A stretch of DNA of 63,253 nt, counting the filler, from Polymyxa betae A26-41 (lineage: Eukaryota; Protista; Endomyxa: Phytomyxea): NCBI GenBank assembly GCA_003693705.1. It is 6 parts of 6 records of this genome, joined end to end, with 100 filler letters (N's around TTAATTAATTAA, not from the genome) between each part and the next. Parts side by side here need not be neighbours in the genome. Positions count along the whole stretch, not along the records: positions 48,470 to 54,247 come from RBZT01000391.1; positions 54,348 to 63,253 come from RBZT01000130.1; 4 more parts are not named here. One strand, written 5' to 3'. The position numbers and the translations under genes are program-made. Under the pieces are notes generated by a model. The model saw only the letters and a program-made list of their open reading frames with translations, searched no databases and was not told the origin of the DNA. How positions within the stretch are numbered: position 1 is the first letter of the stretch; each line of letters opens with the position of its first letter. Positions 49,402 to 62,726 of this stretch are shown here, piece after piece.

Positions 49402-51171
49402 GGAGTATTGGCGTGTCTAAATATAGATTCACCGATGAGTAATTTCATAGACCTTGGTCTCAGTGCGTCTATTGGATGACTCATCTCCCTCTTCAAAAAC
49501 CCTTTCTCATCACTAACACAGGCTGCATAGAATCGATATTGGCTTTATCGAGGAGAGGCTCTGAAATTGAGCAACCCTTCAAACTTGTGAGTAATAGCTG
49601 TTGGATATCGCACAAACAAATTAATGTTTACATCTTGAGATACATTCCGCTTATTAAAACATTCTTTAATGGATCGTTGATTCCTTCATGCCAGCGATTA
49701 TCAGAATCTGGGATACCATCCTTGGCCGTGGATCCTCAACGTTCTAAATCTATTGTTAATCTTGAAGCCTACGCCTGACTTGTGAACTTTATCTGTTGCT
49801 TTCAACTATTCCCTGTTTCAACAGAGCGGGATCTGGTCATACAGGGATCAGGACTCACCTGAACAATAAACCTAGAACTTGAATCAGAATACAGTGAACA
49901 GGTCAATATTGCCAACGAGATAGGAAACCGATAGAAGCAGGTCACATCTTCTGTCCATGCTGCTTGCATGGCTCTATACGATCTAAAGGATCAGACAGCG
50001 TATTTACCTAGCTAGGCCACAAGTTCCGATGACGATATGGGAAGACAATCAAGGATCAACTAACCATGACCGACCACCTTCCCATTGAGTCTAGGACCAT
50101 GCATAAAGACATCAAATACCATCTCACGAGAGAGCTGGTACCGATCTCATGGTCGCAGATTTATCTACCAAGCCAGTGGCTGCGCCCCAAATCATATGGT
50201 GTAGAGAATATATGGGGGGACGCGTTAATCCAGATCCTACAATGAAAAGTGATGCAGCCTTCTTATCACATACAGGCACAGGAATCTAATTTGTGAAAGA
50301 TCTCTTGACGGATTTGTCTAAAAATCTCTTTCCCCTTCTCCACAATCGTGCCTTATAGTACTGAAAAGGCATTTTTCCAGCACCGCTTCTGAGATCTGCG
50401 CGCATACCGGTATATCCCTTCAAAAGTGCGTTACAGTGTGCAATCCACTTTGGCTCTTTTGAACTCGTTGCCTTTAATACAAACATTTCGCAAAACTGCG
50501 ACATACTCTCGTGCCATTGACGTGATGTTTACAGTCATGATCGATACATCATGCAAGCAGGTTGTGCTGATAGATCACGGCTATACAAAGCTGATTGCCG
50601 ATCCCTGCTCATTCGATCTGTGGATCGAATGTCAACTAGATTCTGTATCACAGAACTGATCACCAAGATCAGGAAGTCCTCAAATCTGCACCATTGAACC
50701 GAAGGCCAGGCCTACTCGGGCCTTTTAGGCGGTCGCTCTATGGCCGTATTGGCTCTTGACCTATGACGACCATTCAAAGAAGTCTTTATTTTCCATTTGA
50801 CAATTGTTATTTGCCTATCTAAGCTCATGTGATTTCAGATTTAGCACACAACGCGAGCAGTTGATAAATTATCGTACAGTATGAATATCTATCTATTCTA
50901 AGCCAGAACTAAATCAGAAAAGCACAATGCCGCTGTTACGCAGTTTTATACAAATCTGCGCGCATTCTTCGATCATGCCAGTTGAAAAGGAGTTGCATGA
51001 TTTAGTGCGCGCATATTGTGCGCCACTGCCCCCGTCCAATCCACCTTCTAATTCTGTCTCATCACTGACGATGGGAATCGAGTCAATCGACGCGGCAACT
51101 GCGGCCGCGTCCCTTCCCGGCCGCGGCAGGTCAAACGCCCTCCAGTTCCCAAAACCCGGTCGTTGGCGCTC

Positions 51172-51783
51172 ATGTCGCTCCAGGCGGCCGTACTGGCTCT
51201 CGTCGCTGTCCTGCTCCTGTCCCTGTCTCTAGCAGTATCGAGCCCATCGTTTGACGCCGTCGACTCCCGTATTGCCGAACTCCAGGGCCAGTACGCCAAG
51301 CTGACCGCCGAGATTGACAACGTGACCGAGGCTGTGGCCGATCTGAGCGCGACCATCTCCGTCCTGACCGCCGATCATGATCAGATCCGTAGCGAGTTTG
51401 AAGCGCGCTGGCGACGCAAAGCGATTACGTTACGGGCACTGTACTACCCGCAGGTCGATTTTGACGCTGAGGGAGTTTACAAGTCCGGCGTACTGGTCCC
51501 GGAATATCTCCTGTACGATTTCTGCGATGACGGTGTCCGTCGGCGTGAATCGGAGGTTCTGGCCGAGTTCATGAATGAAAATCTACGCGGACGGCAGAAG
51601 ATTAGTGATTTACTGATGAAGATGCAGGACAAGAAGGATATTGGAGAGCAGGCGCAGATATTGGCCGAACATGTGAAGGCTGAACTTGACATTTATCTGA
51701 ATATGAAACTTGAACTGATATCCACCAAGTCCGAAGATGATCAAGATCTGCTCATTTCTCAATCATCATTCCCATCTTGTTAA
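51172..51783 (+). CDS. Secreted coiled-coil protein, 203 aa, intronless; candidate effector
   Basis: Signal peptide MSLQAAVLALVAVLLLSLSLA. Heptad region IAELQGQYAKLTAEIDNVTEAVADLSATISVL. High GC at third codon positions. AATAAA overlaps the stop. Confidence 0.8.
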   Translation: MSLQAAVLALVAVLLLSLSLAVSSPSFDAVDSRIAELQGQYAKLTAEIDNVTEAVADLSATISVLTADHDQIRSEFEARWRRKAITLRALYYPQVDFDAEGVYKSGVLVPEYLLYDFCDDGVRRRESEVLAEFMNENLRGRQKISDLLMKMQDKKDIGEQAQILAEHVKAELDIYLNMKLELISTKSEDDQDLLISQSSFPSC

Positions 51784-51967
51784 TAAACTTCATTCGCTCA
51801 CCTGTGCGGACCTCCCAGCTCAATCAACGTTTTCCTGTTTCACAGATTTTCACGCAACAAATTCAACAAAAAGCAAGTGCGATGTGATCTCCTCCCCCCC
51901 GATCACGCTAAAATGAAACTCCGTGATTATTCTGTCGTCGTACTGGTCCTGACTCACCATTTCGTCT

Positions 51968-52950
51968 ATGGATCGCGTTTGGCTCTGGGCCTGGGCGGGC
52001 GCTCTGGCCGTCTTATTTCCAGCGCCGAGTTCGGCCATGTTCTCGATCAGTACGGCGCCGTCAGTGACGCCGATTTTCGGTCGGCAGCCGTCTTCGAATG
52101 TGCTGCAGGCGCCGTCGCTGATTTCGCTCCCGAACTGCGACCTCCATTTCATGCGTCTTCCGTCATTACCAGCATCCCGGCGCATCCTTGCAGGTCCCAG
52201 CCGCAAACCCAAGCAACGTCTCCGAAAGAATCTCTCCAAACAAAGCTGCAAGCTTGATAAAGCAGACAGCCGGATCGTGTTTTGGGTCGTGTTGCCTGCG
52301 TTAATCATCTTCATATTGGGCATGCATGTTATGGGACCTTGTATTAAGGAGATTATGAAGACCTGGCCTGGCAAGGCTATAGTCACTTTATTGCTACAAA
52401 TTTTATCTGGTCTATAAATGTATAAAATCCAGATTAAGAATCTATCTCCATTATTGTCGTTTCGCATTTTCTTGCTATTTCAACCTTCTTAAAACCTTTC
52501 GATTTTGCACTGGAATTGGTTCACTCTTTGGTAGAGTTCAATCGCCGCGCTTCCATCTATAGGACAACTTAGCTTCATTGTCAATCTCTTGATCCTCAAT
52601 TTCATTGAAGCATTCGTCAAATAACTTGTTGTATGTAACATTACAGCAATACCACGTCTATGACATCCGGAGTCTGAATTGTAGCACAGCCTGTCTCTGT
52701 ACGATTTCTTTCGTGATGGATTCATCATGGTCATCACGGCAATGATCGAGTTTATTGTCTCCGAAATTTCAGCGCTTCTCTACCGCCTGCATTTGTTTTT
52801 TGTCGATAGCAATCGAAGAAAGATGTGCTGACTTGGTTTCGAAGAATTTTGAAGAATCTTTTAGCAGATACAGTACAGATCTTGTTCTTTCTATAAGTCG
52901 AAAGAGATGTTTTACATCAGCGATTGACTCTGCTTTTGGCTTTTAGCAAA
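51968..52950 (+). pseudogene. Possible signal-peptide/multi-TM protein, decayed after 52417
   Basis: Leader MDRVWLWAWAGALAVLFPAPSSA; TM segment IVFWVVLPALIIFILGM; further hydrophobic fragments separated by stops. Confidence 0.35.
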
Positions 52951-53993
52951 CCAGATTTGATGGCCTCTAACTGGGCTGTAAATGACCTCCAGCATGATCG
53001 CAGCTGTTATACTACTCATCTATCTGATTCAAGTTATGTCTTCAACGGACTATGATTTTTAATAGTCAGCAGTTAGTGAGTTCAGTCGGAAAAATGAGCC
53101 GCTGAATATTTATTTATTTCCACATAATATCGCCCGTAACAGGAGAATGCCAAAGATCTTGGCTCAGTTGGCTGACACGCAATTACCATTCCATTCTTTT
53201 TATAACAGCAAGAAATATCAAATCATCTGTGCAGCTCTAAGAGCGCTGATTGTTTGGGAAAATTATAACTTCTCTTCGGTGAGTATCAACTCACTTTATC
53301 ACTTTATCACAAATTCGCCTCCTCCATTTAATATGAATGATTGAATTCCATAGAATGTATACCGATAGGGATGAAATTACGCATCTACAGCTATATTTCG
53401 CAAAGGCCTATTAAATATACGAACTTCGCCGAATATCAAGCATAATATGTTACCACATTAATGACAGCATACTGCGTTTCGCAAGAGTCTGTCTGGTCCA
53501 AATGTCTTCATGACTGCTGGGAGTTCAAAAGTGGCTCTGCAAGCCTTCGGTAGCTGTATAATACCAGATGATAGAAAAAGCAGCATGAAGATGCATGGCT
53601 GGTGAAATTTTGGCATAAAATAGCTCATTGCGCTGACTTTATTATACGAAACAGTCTTATATTGTTACCTTTTCCATTTGTTAATGATTGTCACGAATGA
53701 GAACTGTGCCTATGCTGGCAATTGGATCCAGAGGCGGCAGTATTCAGTGCCGGTTTCAGCTGCTTCTGTGGAGACCGACCCTGTCAGCCTCTACATCCAG
53801 AATCTACTCTTCTCGTTTAGCTTCCAAATGTGATGTAACATAAACCATGAGTGACAGCGTAGCTCTCAAATATTGGGCAGCCAGGATAGTAGTAAAATTG
53901 GAAGTGGAAGTGTATTGATAAACGAACCGCCCGATCTAGTGGATCGGGTCGAGAATAACTCTGAAACTGGGTGTTGATGTCGTACTCATCCTA

Positions 53994-54247
53994 TTACGCC
54001 CCTTCGAAATCAACGTCCATTTCTGCAGTTGATTCGGCCGAAACAAGTTTGGCTCGGTGTTTCTGGAATAAATGCTTGCCTAATGGCTTAGTCAAGATGT
54101 CGGCAGTCATATTCTGCGTTTCGCAATAAACAATCTTGACTTTTCCGTTGTGAACTTGATCACGCAGAAAATGATAGCGTAAATCAATATGCTTGGTTCG
54201 TCGTTTCACAGCATTGTTGTTCGCGAGGAAGATAGCGCTTTGATTAT
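53994..54247 (-). mobile_element. Ty1/Copia pol C-terminus (RNase H), cut by contig end
   Basis: NQSAIFLANN..KRRTKHIDLRYHFLRDQV..IVYCETQNMTADILTKPL. Confidence 0.96.
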
Positions 54248-54347
54248 NNNNNNNNNNNNNNNNNNNNNNNNNNNNNNNNNNNNNNNNNNNNTTAATTAAT
54301 TAANNNNNNNNNNNNNNNNNNNNNNNNNNNNNNNNNNNNNNNNNNNN
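54248..54347. other. Artificial contig linker
   Basis: N44-TTAATTAATTAA-N44. Confidence 0.98.
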
Positions 54348-54798
54348 AGTCGGACGAGATGAGAAACGTATAAATTTTGGAGTTGATCGGACTGGTTGCG
54401 TGGAGGCCGCTCCTCGCCATTCATAGTAGGGAGACGAGGGGACCCGCGCAGTCAGTGACAGTTAGGGCTCTTCCCCTATAGGAATCGTCAGCAGGGGCGC
54501 AGCCCTCTGCGCAGCCCCTCAGGAAGGGCCAGTACGACTGCCTGGTGGTCGGCTGGGCGGCTGCGAGTACTGTCATGCTCAATGGGCATGACAGATGGTG
54601 TCTGTCACAGAGCGATCTTCACGTCGTTTGCGCTCGTCGTCGTCGACACCAAACGTTGACGTTGGCCCCGATGATGTCAGCAGCAGAGGTCTGATTTCTT
54701 GATTGTTTAATCGGTTGGCGCCTGCGCTGCCACCAGCGTCTGATGGATTGATGGTTGAACTCTATGGAGCGTTGCCAGACATTCTCCCTATGTGGCCC

Positions 54799-55876
54799 TC
54801 AGATCCATATACAGCCGATTGAGGATATACCTGAGTTAACATCCTGTGTGTCAACCCACTGATCGAGCGCCTTCATCTGGCGCTGGAAACCATCCTCGGG
54901 CCCCGTCAGGGTTTGCATCGATAGCCGATCGAAAGTTTCGCGACCAGCAGCTGAGGTGTTGGAATTGACCGCATCAATCATCCGAGTCGCGTGTCTGACC
55001 AACGTCTGATATTCGACAGTGTTCAAATCTTCCTGAAGCTCCTGGAATTTCTGCCTCGCATCACGCAAACAGCTCAGCAAGGGTCGAATTCCGCTGTCAG
55101 TGCATGTCGAAAAAGGATGGTCCGAAACACTTCAATTCGCGCCATAGATGGTCATCGATGGAGAAGACAAATTGTGCAAGATCGCCGCGAGATGCATCCA
55201 TGGGTTCATCACGGACAGGGTTGACAAAATCTTACCTGGCCAAGTGGAGTTTGGCAAAGGTCTCCTTCGGCGGCAACCCGTCTAGCAACTTTTCGGCTCG
55301 AACAATTTCCCAATTGCTGTCACGTATCTTCTTGTTCAGTTCTCCAGAAGACAGATTTGTACAATCGAAAGGCAGCTTAGAAAGATCCATACGTGCCTTC
55401 TTGGGAGGTTCAGATTCAGAATCCGACTCCACAAGCTTGACCCTCTTGTTTTGAGACGCAACGTTCGCACCATCAGACTTCGTCTGTTTCAACAATTTGG
55501 GGACCTTCTTGGCACTGATTGACGACAAGCTTCTGCCTGATTCCAAACAGTTCATCCTCTTCGAGGGACGATTGTCGGAGTCACTGGCAGAGCGCGACGA
55601 TATGTCAGACAGCCGCTTGGCCTGTAACGACTTCATCAATGGTGAAGCGATCCCGACTCACACCCGAACTCGATAGCGCCGAAAGGGCTGCGCACAATTC
55701 GTTGAGAGGCTGCGACTTGCGAACATCAAAGAGATTATTAACAAGAATTGCTGATTTTCTTTCAATTCGAATTTGTACGATCTGCTGATGTAATTTCCCA
55801 TCTCCCAGCAAAGATTGGCATAGTGGCATAACAGGAGAAATCTGGAAACAATCTGTTTGACAATGTGGGGAACCAC
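54799..55876 (-). CDS. Hypothetical, probably spliced gene (basic/Ser-rich region with NLS-like PPKKAR, then a helical domain)
   Basis: ORF 55639-55232 ends at a CAG|GTAAG donor; ORF 55080-54799 ends near CAG|GTATA. Exon structure not fully resolved. Confidence 0.45.
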
Positions 55877-57021
55877 TTCCTATTACAGTTGCCTATCAAG
55901 GCAAGATTCAGTCGTAGAAAGGCTTAAGTATTCGACCAGAAGCTCATCGAATGCGCCAGGAGCAGGACCCTGAACGACTCACAACAGATTACCGATCGAT
56001 TGGAAAGCGATCTTGCGAACGTGCGCGACACGATCACGCATCAGCGTCCTGTTCATTGACGTTCACTTGAAAGCAACTATCTAAGACCGCTTAAAGACAC
56101 AAAAAGAGTGCTAAAGTATGTTTTATGAAACAACGAGTGAAACGAAATCGTCGTTCAGGGCTAGTAGCAGCAAACGGGTATACACAGTGTCGATTGGGGA
56201 AAGGTCACAAAGTCGGACCAATTGCGATGCTATTGAGGCCCTATACCTGCATAAAAATGAATGTGGGTACAGACACCATATTCTCGAACGCCTTCCATCA
56301 TAGAAAACGTGAACGTTTATCGCCCAATACACGGGTAATGTTCATGGAGCCGTGTGGAAAATTGTTTAGTCCATTCCCAATCAGTTTGTTCAAAGCGAAG
56401 GCGTCTAAGCACAGTCAGAATATCGGAGAAAAATTGGTCAATGTGGTATGCGTCATGCTGGACCTTTCGCATTCTTATGAATCATATGAATCAAAAATTC
56501 ATGTGGCTCCGATAGATCGGCAACGTTGATAGAGGGTGACATAACTGTAGATAGCAGCGGTTTCAATCTGATAGATTTCTCTGAGCGGAAAACAAAATTT
56601 GAAGGTTCAGGATTACACTCAAAGGAAACCACCATTTGGCAGCATCAATTCTTCTCTCAACATGATGAAGGCAGTTCCAGAGATTCCGAAATCAATGAAA
56701 ACCCTAACTCTATCAGCGTCCCCATTCTCCTCAATTGAAAAAAAAAAACAAGACACTTGTTCACCGGATGACGACATTGACTGCAGTTTCGACGATGACG
56801 TTCACGATATCGACATCCGAGTTCCTGTTTGGGAGCGGACTTCAACTTATTTGACTCATTTTGAAGAAGTGCAGGGGCAGGAAAACTGCGTGACAGCGTG
56901 AGACAGCATGAGAATCATGTACGGCCAAAAAAGATGCGTGACTTTCGATTTTCATCACTTTATTCACGACTCTGAACAAAAAACTGCGCACTGGTCCGCT
57001 CAGTTCGTCGTTTATTCAACG

Positions 57022-59409
57022 ATGGTGGCGGCATCATCCCGGGCCAGACCTAGCTCGACTCCGGTCAGGAAGCATGTCATCGTCGACTCCGACGACGAAC
57101 AAACGCCCCCGGTCGTCGTTCATCGTCGCGTCCAGCTGTCGGATGAAGACGAAACGACACCGAGTGAGTCGCGCACCAAGCACCAACCTCAATCGACCAT
57201 CATAGAACTGTCCTCTTCCTCAGACGACGTTAAGGCTCCCGATACTCCTCAACCAAACGTATGTAATCTCTCATTTGTCACATCTCGTTTCGTTTTGTTT
57301 CATTATGGCGTTTTTTGGCTTTTTCTCTTTCCAATTTTATTTGTTTTTTGCTGAGATTCGCTATATCTTTTTAGTTTGAGGGTTTCTGCTTCTTTCTGTG
57401 TTTTTGGTTGGTTTTTTGGGGGAACTTTATTCGGCTGAAACGTTACATTCTGTCTTAGGCCCGAATGACACATCGTGACCCGACATCTTCGGTACGAGGC
57501 GCCGACCGTCGCTCTTATCCGCTTCGTTCATTATTCGGATATTTCAGGTAAACAGACGGCTTTCAGCCCGGCGTATCTTGGACTCGGACGACGAAGACTC
57601 TGATGATGTCCCGATCCGCCACAGCTCGGTAATACTGGCCAGACCGCGATCATTTCCGCCATTCTGATTCCTATAAAGACTGGTCGCTTGGCTGTCCGGC
57701 GTCTAACCCTGTCCGATGATGACCAAGATTCAGTGAGTCGGACTCCTTGACGGACCCGCTCGGACTTACCATGGCTCAGGACCAAAAACCGCCTGTACGC
57801 ACTGCGCGCCGCCTCCGCAACAGCCCCCGTTCCGAGACATCCGAGTCGCCGTCTCCGTCACCCGATTCGGTAACATAATTCGATTGCGGTTTTACGTTAC
57901 CATGACATTGACTTCAGTCTGATTCATCAAGCGGCAGCGACGCGCCAATGGTAACGTTTTTGTGGTGATGTATCGTTGGCCAACGTTACATCCAGAGTGA
58001 CTTCATTGTCGATGACGACGACGGCGACGATGTTATTGAGGAATCAGACGGCTCGGTAACGTATGTCTGAGGTCACCCATGTCCGCTAACGTTGCGTGCA
58101 GGCTCCTGAGGTGTCACATCACGCATTGTTGTTCAAACAGCAAGATTCCGGAGGCCGTTCCGGACGCCGCTGCGGCCCATCGCTCTCTGTGGAGGACTCA
58201 TACGGAGTTTTCTACCAGACTTTGGTTGGAATCTGCTCGGGCCCGAAAACCAGTACCATCTCCAGTACCGTACGGACTGCATCAGAGAAAGTCCTCGGCC
58301 AACTTCATGCTCGTATGAGGAATTTCGTACGTGAAGCACTTTGATTTTCTGCTTCTTTACGCATCTTCTCTTTTCATCGTTTTCCTCTCTTTGCCAGCTT
58401 TAAGAAAACATCATCTTTTTTCTCAACGTGAAGCACTTCGATTTTCTGCTTTTACTCATCTTTTTTTCATCGTTTCCTCTCTTTGCAAGTTTCAAGGAAT
58501 CATCATTTTTTCTCCTAAGGCTGCTCTTGTTTCACTTGTTGACCAAAACCGTTTTTTTTTCAGAATTTTTCGTTAACTTACGTTTCGCTTGAATTGTGTT
58601 ACATGTTCTGTGTAGGTTTTATCCGGGGCGTGGTCACGTGATTTCATCTCGGATATCAATACAGCTCCGTGCCTATCGGAATCTCCATCATGGGGCTTCT
58701 CCGAATGTGAAGTCTGTCGACGTCCAGACCGTAAGGCATCGGCCCGCATTCACTTCAAAGGTGGCCGCGACCGCATCTGTCAGTGCGGACTGTCTCACGT
58801 TACCATCCAGGTCCGCGATACCACTCCAACTCCGCCACCATCTACGATATTCACTCCCGGAGTAAGCTCTCGGTACTTACACGGAGTCCATGACGCAGTC
58901 CGTCACTCAATTCCACGCAGCTTCTTCTAGACGAAGATGAGGACCGCGGCCCAACCACTTACGAAGTCGGACGGTTCTGCCGCAGCCGCGTCGTACTGTA
59001 CCATCGCATGGTGCATTATCTGTTACACACGGTGGTGGCCATACGGACTAAATGGGGCCGTCTACGGCATCACGATCCGGATCCGGATGCGGCTCGCTCT
59101 ATTCTGCTACGGCTTGAATCCGATGTAGTTCCGTGTTATGTTACGCTCGGTTACCTGACCGTTTGTTACAGTTCTACGCCGGATACGAAGAATTATTGAG
59201 TTGGGCGGATCGCTATGCCGTACTGGACCAGGGTCGCACCAGCTTCGAGATTGACTTCTCCGCGCGCTATGAGGTCGTTTGAATTCTTTTTGTCTGAAAT
59301 TGCATTTGCTGGTATGACTGAATCTTGTCGATAGAGCATTCGGGCGAATGATACAGAAGTGATTCGTTGGGTTCCGGAATTATTCAGCAGATCAGTCCAG
59401 TTCCCATAA
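57022..59409 (+). CDS. CCDC82/DUF4211-like protein, multi-exon
   Basis: ATG at 57022. Acidic low-complexity exons (DSDDE, SDFIVDDDDG), then CEVCRR, GPRY and YEVGRFCRSRVVLYHRMVHY. Last exons 59172-59273 and 59335-59409 splice in frame across a GT..AG intron. Confidence 0.75.
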
Positions 59410-61536
59410 TCGATTCATGCCTTGATCATCATCTCTAATAATAGCTCTAAATGATGTGTCTCTTCTTTTCGTAACCGCCACTTCAGTGGGCTTCGTTTTT
59501 TGATTTTTTGTCGGGAATATCTTAGCTCGAATTATTTTGTTTAAAGCGGATTCTAAATTTCGGATGGCAACAATTTTAACTATATAGCTAATGAATGTGG
59601 CCGCCTCGCCACTTTCTCAAATTTTCGGCAAATCTCGTGAAAGGTCATCTTCATGATGATCGAACTGCTTTTATTTTGCATTATCTGATGATGAAGGCAG
59701 TCTACAATAGGCGATCCCTTACCTGTTCAGGTCACGATAAAATTCTGGATTGAAACCCTGATCTGCTTCAATCAATTGATATAATGTTGCTGATTTATCA
59801 GCTTCTATAATGACTGGGTGATCTTCGTTATGTCCCGAATGAGAAGTTGACTGGTTCTGGGAAGGTTCAGTACGGTTCTGCTGAGCCATGTTCACAGTCG
59901 CGGAGTCCGGACTTTCCGCTCGCGTTGCCTCTTGCCTGAGATGATGCAGAACGAGTGTTCGCCATCCAACTACTCAGAACTCAGGAGTCAACGATAAGTG
60001 GTCAAAACCAAAGTGAGTTTAGTAATCAAGATCACCAGGTACTCCAGGGCCGGTCACGTGCTCGCCCCGCACGCGACCGCCGGCATCTTGTTGAGGCCCG
60101 TCAGTGGGAGGTCGCACGCGCCCCACCATCTTCAACACCGAACAGCTTTACCATTCACCCAATGGTTTTTGACAAAACTACCTTAGCGTCGTTACCTGTC
60201 ATTTAGCCAAACCTGAGACTCGTTACATATGCCAATAGATAACATCACCAAGATAGTACGAGTCGTGCGCGGAAATGTTTTTTATTGACGACCTAAAGGC
60301 GCAATCACGTTGTCTCCCGTTCTGCGAGTTATCAACACTATGAAACAAATTATGGTTAATGACTGGAAATATAAACATGACTATCTAGTTGTGAGATGAG
60401 GACGGATTGGTGCCAAAAGCTGGCTGGTTTTTGGTCAGTATCAATGGATTTTCGGGAGTCACTTCGCAATGATTCGATCGAATAGCAGCTTTCTTTAATG
60501 ATCCGCAAATATGCGATCCTGATTGGTTGAACACATCTTGGTGAAGATGTGGTAGCTCCAATTAAAAAAAAATGAAAAAATCAAGAGCAACGATCATAAT
60601 GCCCAAGAGCAAAAACAGTAAAGAGCAAACTGAAAGCCATTCGAATAAGAGATCGTGGAAACCTAACCCTAATGAGAAGGATAATGCTAAAAGCCGAAAA
60701 TTCGATAACACAGCAAGAAGATGGTTACTGAAAAAAAAAACAAAATGAAACTAAACAGAAAACATCAAGGTAGGTTACGAATTCTAATAATCTTTCTTCC
60801 GATCTTGGGAAAGAACAGGTCCCCGAAAGCGGGTTGCACACTGCATTTTGGCGCGAGCTGTTCGATCGAAGAGAGGTTACAGCGTACTTAGGCCCTCCTG
60901 AGTGGATCCAGGAGCCTGGCGATGTGGCGGTTGGAGACGCCAACAGGCCGGGGCTGAAATCGAACTGCCGAGAATTCCTGATATGGTATTAGGGTTTCCC
61001 TATCCCTGGCCTAACAATGTTCAAATTGCGAAAAATCTTTTCATAGTTGAGGCAGACAGTAGGAAGAATATAAAATGATTCGAAATAGTCAACAAATACT
61101 TCCAGAGTACGGTTCGTTATTCATATAAATCAGAGGCAGCAACTGGAGAGGATCGTCTTCAGATTTTAAAACTTCTAAAATCTAACAAAATCGAAACTGT
61201 TCAAAAATTGGAAGGTTTTTTCAAACACATAACGAATCATGTTCACCGATTTGCCGCAATAATCTCGGGTCTTTGGAACTCCTTTCTCTGGGCGCAAATT
61301 GATTGTTTTGGGGCAACGATCATGAAACCATTTCTGCTTACGCAGATGTTTAAGCTGATGTAGTCGCTTGTTCCGGAATTCGGCTCGGAGACCCTCGCTG
61401 GTCCGCACTCGTTCCAGAACAGTCCGCAGCTATAAATGCTCCAGAACACGGCATTCACTTTAATCGCGCCGCGGACTGCTCATTCTTCCATCCAGACTTC
61501 ATCCCCAGCAAACCCTAAAACCCTAACGAACCAGAC

Positions 61537-62726
61537 ATGCGCTCGGCACTCGCGCTTGCCGTACTGGCCCTCGGCGTCAGCGCCCAGAACTGCGTCTTGA
61601 CGGTGCCGGCGAACCCGCTCACCGCACAAGGCTTGGCGACGCCGTATCTGGTAGCTGCAGTTCTTCAGAGTCCGTGGCGGTCTCCGTGACGTTCGATTTG
61701 TAGATGTCGGGCTGCGACCAAGCCGCCGATACGCCGTCCTTCGTGGAGGCGGCCGTGTACGACCCGGAAACGAACACGGTCAGCATCTATCATCCGCTGG
61801 TCATCAACAAAGGCACAAAACCGGCCTCGGCGCCGGTCGTACCGACCCTGCCGCCCGGAGCCACCGTCGGCATCTGGTTCGGAACGAACGGCGACTCGTT
61901 AACGTTAACAGGGGCGGGTGTAACGCAAGGAAAGTGCGTCAATGGTCTGAACGGGTCGATTTTCGGCCAGTTCGCGTACTGTAACGCGCCCGCGTTTTTT
62001 ACTGCGGCGCGTAACGTCAAGTCGCCGGGGTTGGGTACCGACTTGGATGGCGTTACATGCCCCACGACACGGGATTTCGCCGTTGTGGATATGGACCAGT
62101 CGGATAACGTAGATACGACCTACCTGGTAACACCAAATGGGCAGATTGCGCAGAACACAGCCGCGAATCGTAAAAAGTTCGCCGGAGCCACTGTCATCAG
62201 TAACGGCAGTGATAATGCGCTACTCGAACTGATGGACACAGTGCTAAAATGTGCGCAGTTTACAGGCAGGAATCTCGAAGACCCCGGTTCTGTTACACCA
62301 GCACTGGCCCTCAACGAGATTCAGGCCGCACAGCGACAGGGAGCTCCGTCGGCCATAGTCCCAGACGGACACGCGATGTGCTTAGTCAATGGGCAGCCGA
62401 ATCAGACGAAACGTAACCTGTATCGTGTCGGTGTGAATCAGAGCCCGAATGCCAGTGGCTCCACGTTACAGTACTGTAGAAACCTGGCGAATGTGGCCCC
62501 CGGACGGTTCTTGAACGACTACCAGAAATATTTTACGACGGTGGCGTCCCCGGACCCCGCCACGGGCAATCAGCTGTTCAATTTCATTTGCGCACGTTAC
62601 CAGAATGGCTTCGGACCGGATGGGCTCAATTGCGCCGCACTTTTGGGCATTGACAGTCCGATCACGGTGACTGTGGATAATTTCGGCGTGGCCACCGGCT
62701 GTAACATTAAGCCAGTGAAAGTTTGA
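61537..62726 (+). CDS. Secreted Cys-rich protein, 378 aa, two exons (61537-61650 and 61704-62726)
   Basis: Signal peptide MRSALALAVLALGVSA, then QNCVLTVPANPLTAQGLATPYL. A 53-bp phase-0 GT..AG intron joins this to the 340-aa ORF (VGIWFGTNG, SIFGQFAYCNA, CPTTRDFAVVDMDQSDNV, NGSDNALL). Confidence 0.92.

Noticed and set aside
17012-54347. Regularly recurring TTAATTAATTAA palindrome and any gene clustering across it
   Set aside because: It is an assembly linker. Cross-linker neighbourhoods and X-containing ORFs are artefacts.
56265-56350. TIFSNAFHHRKRERLSPNTRVMFM, resembling the hAT dimerisation motif
   Set aside because: It lacks the E-R of ERxFS, and no other hAT motifs or TIRs were found. Too weak to call.
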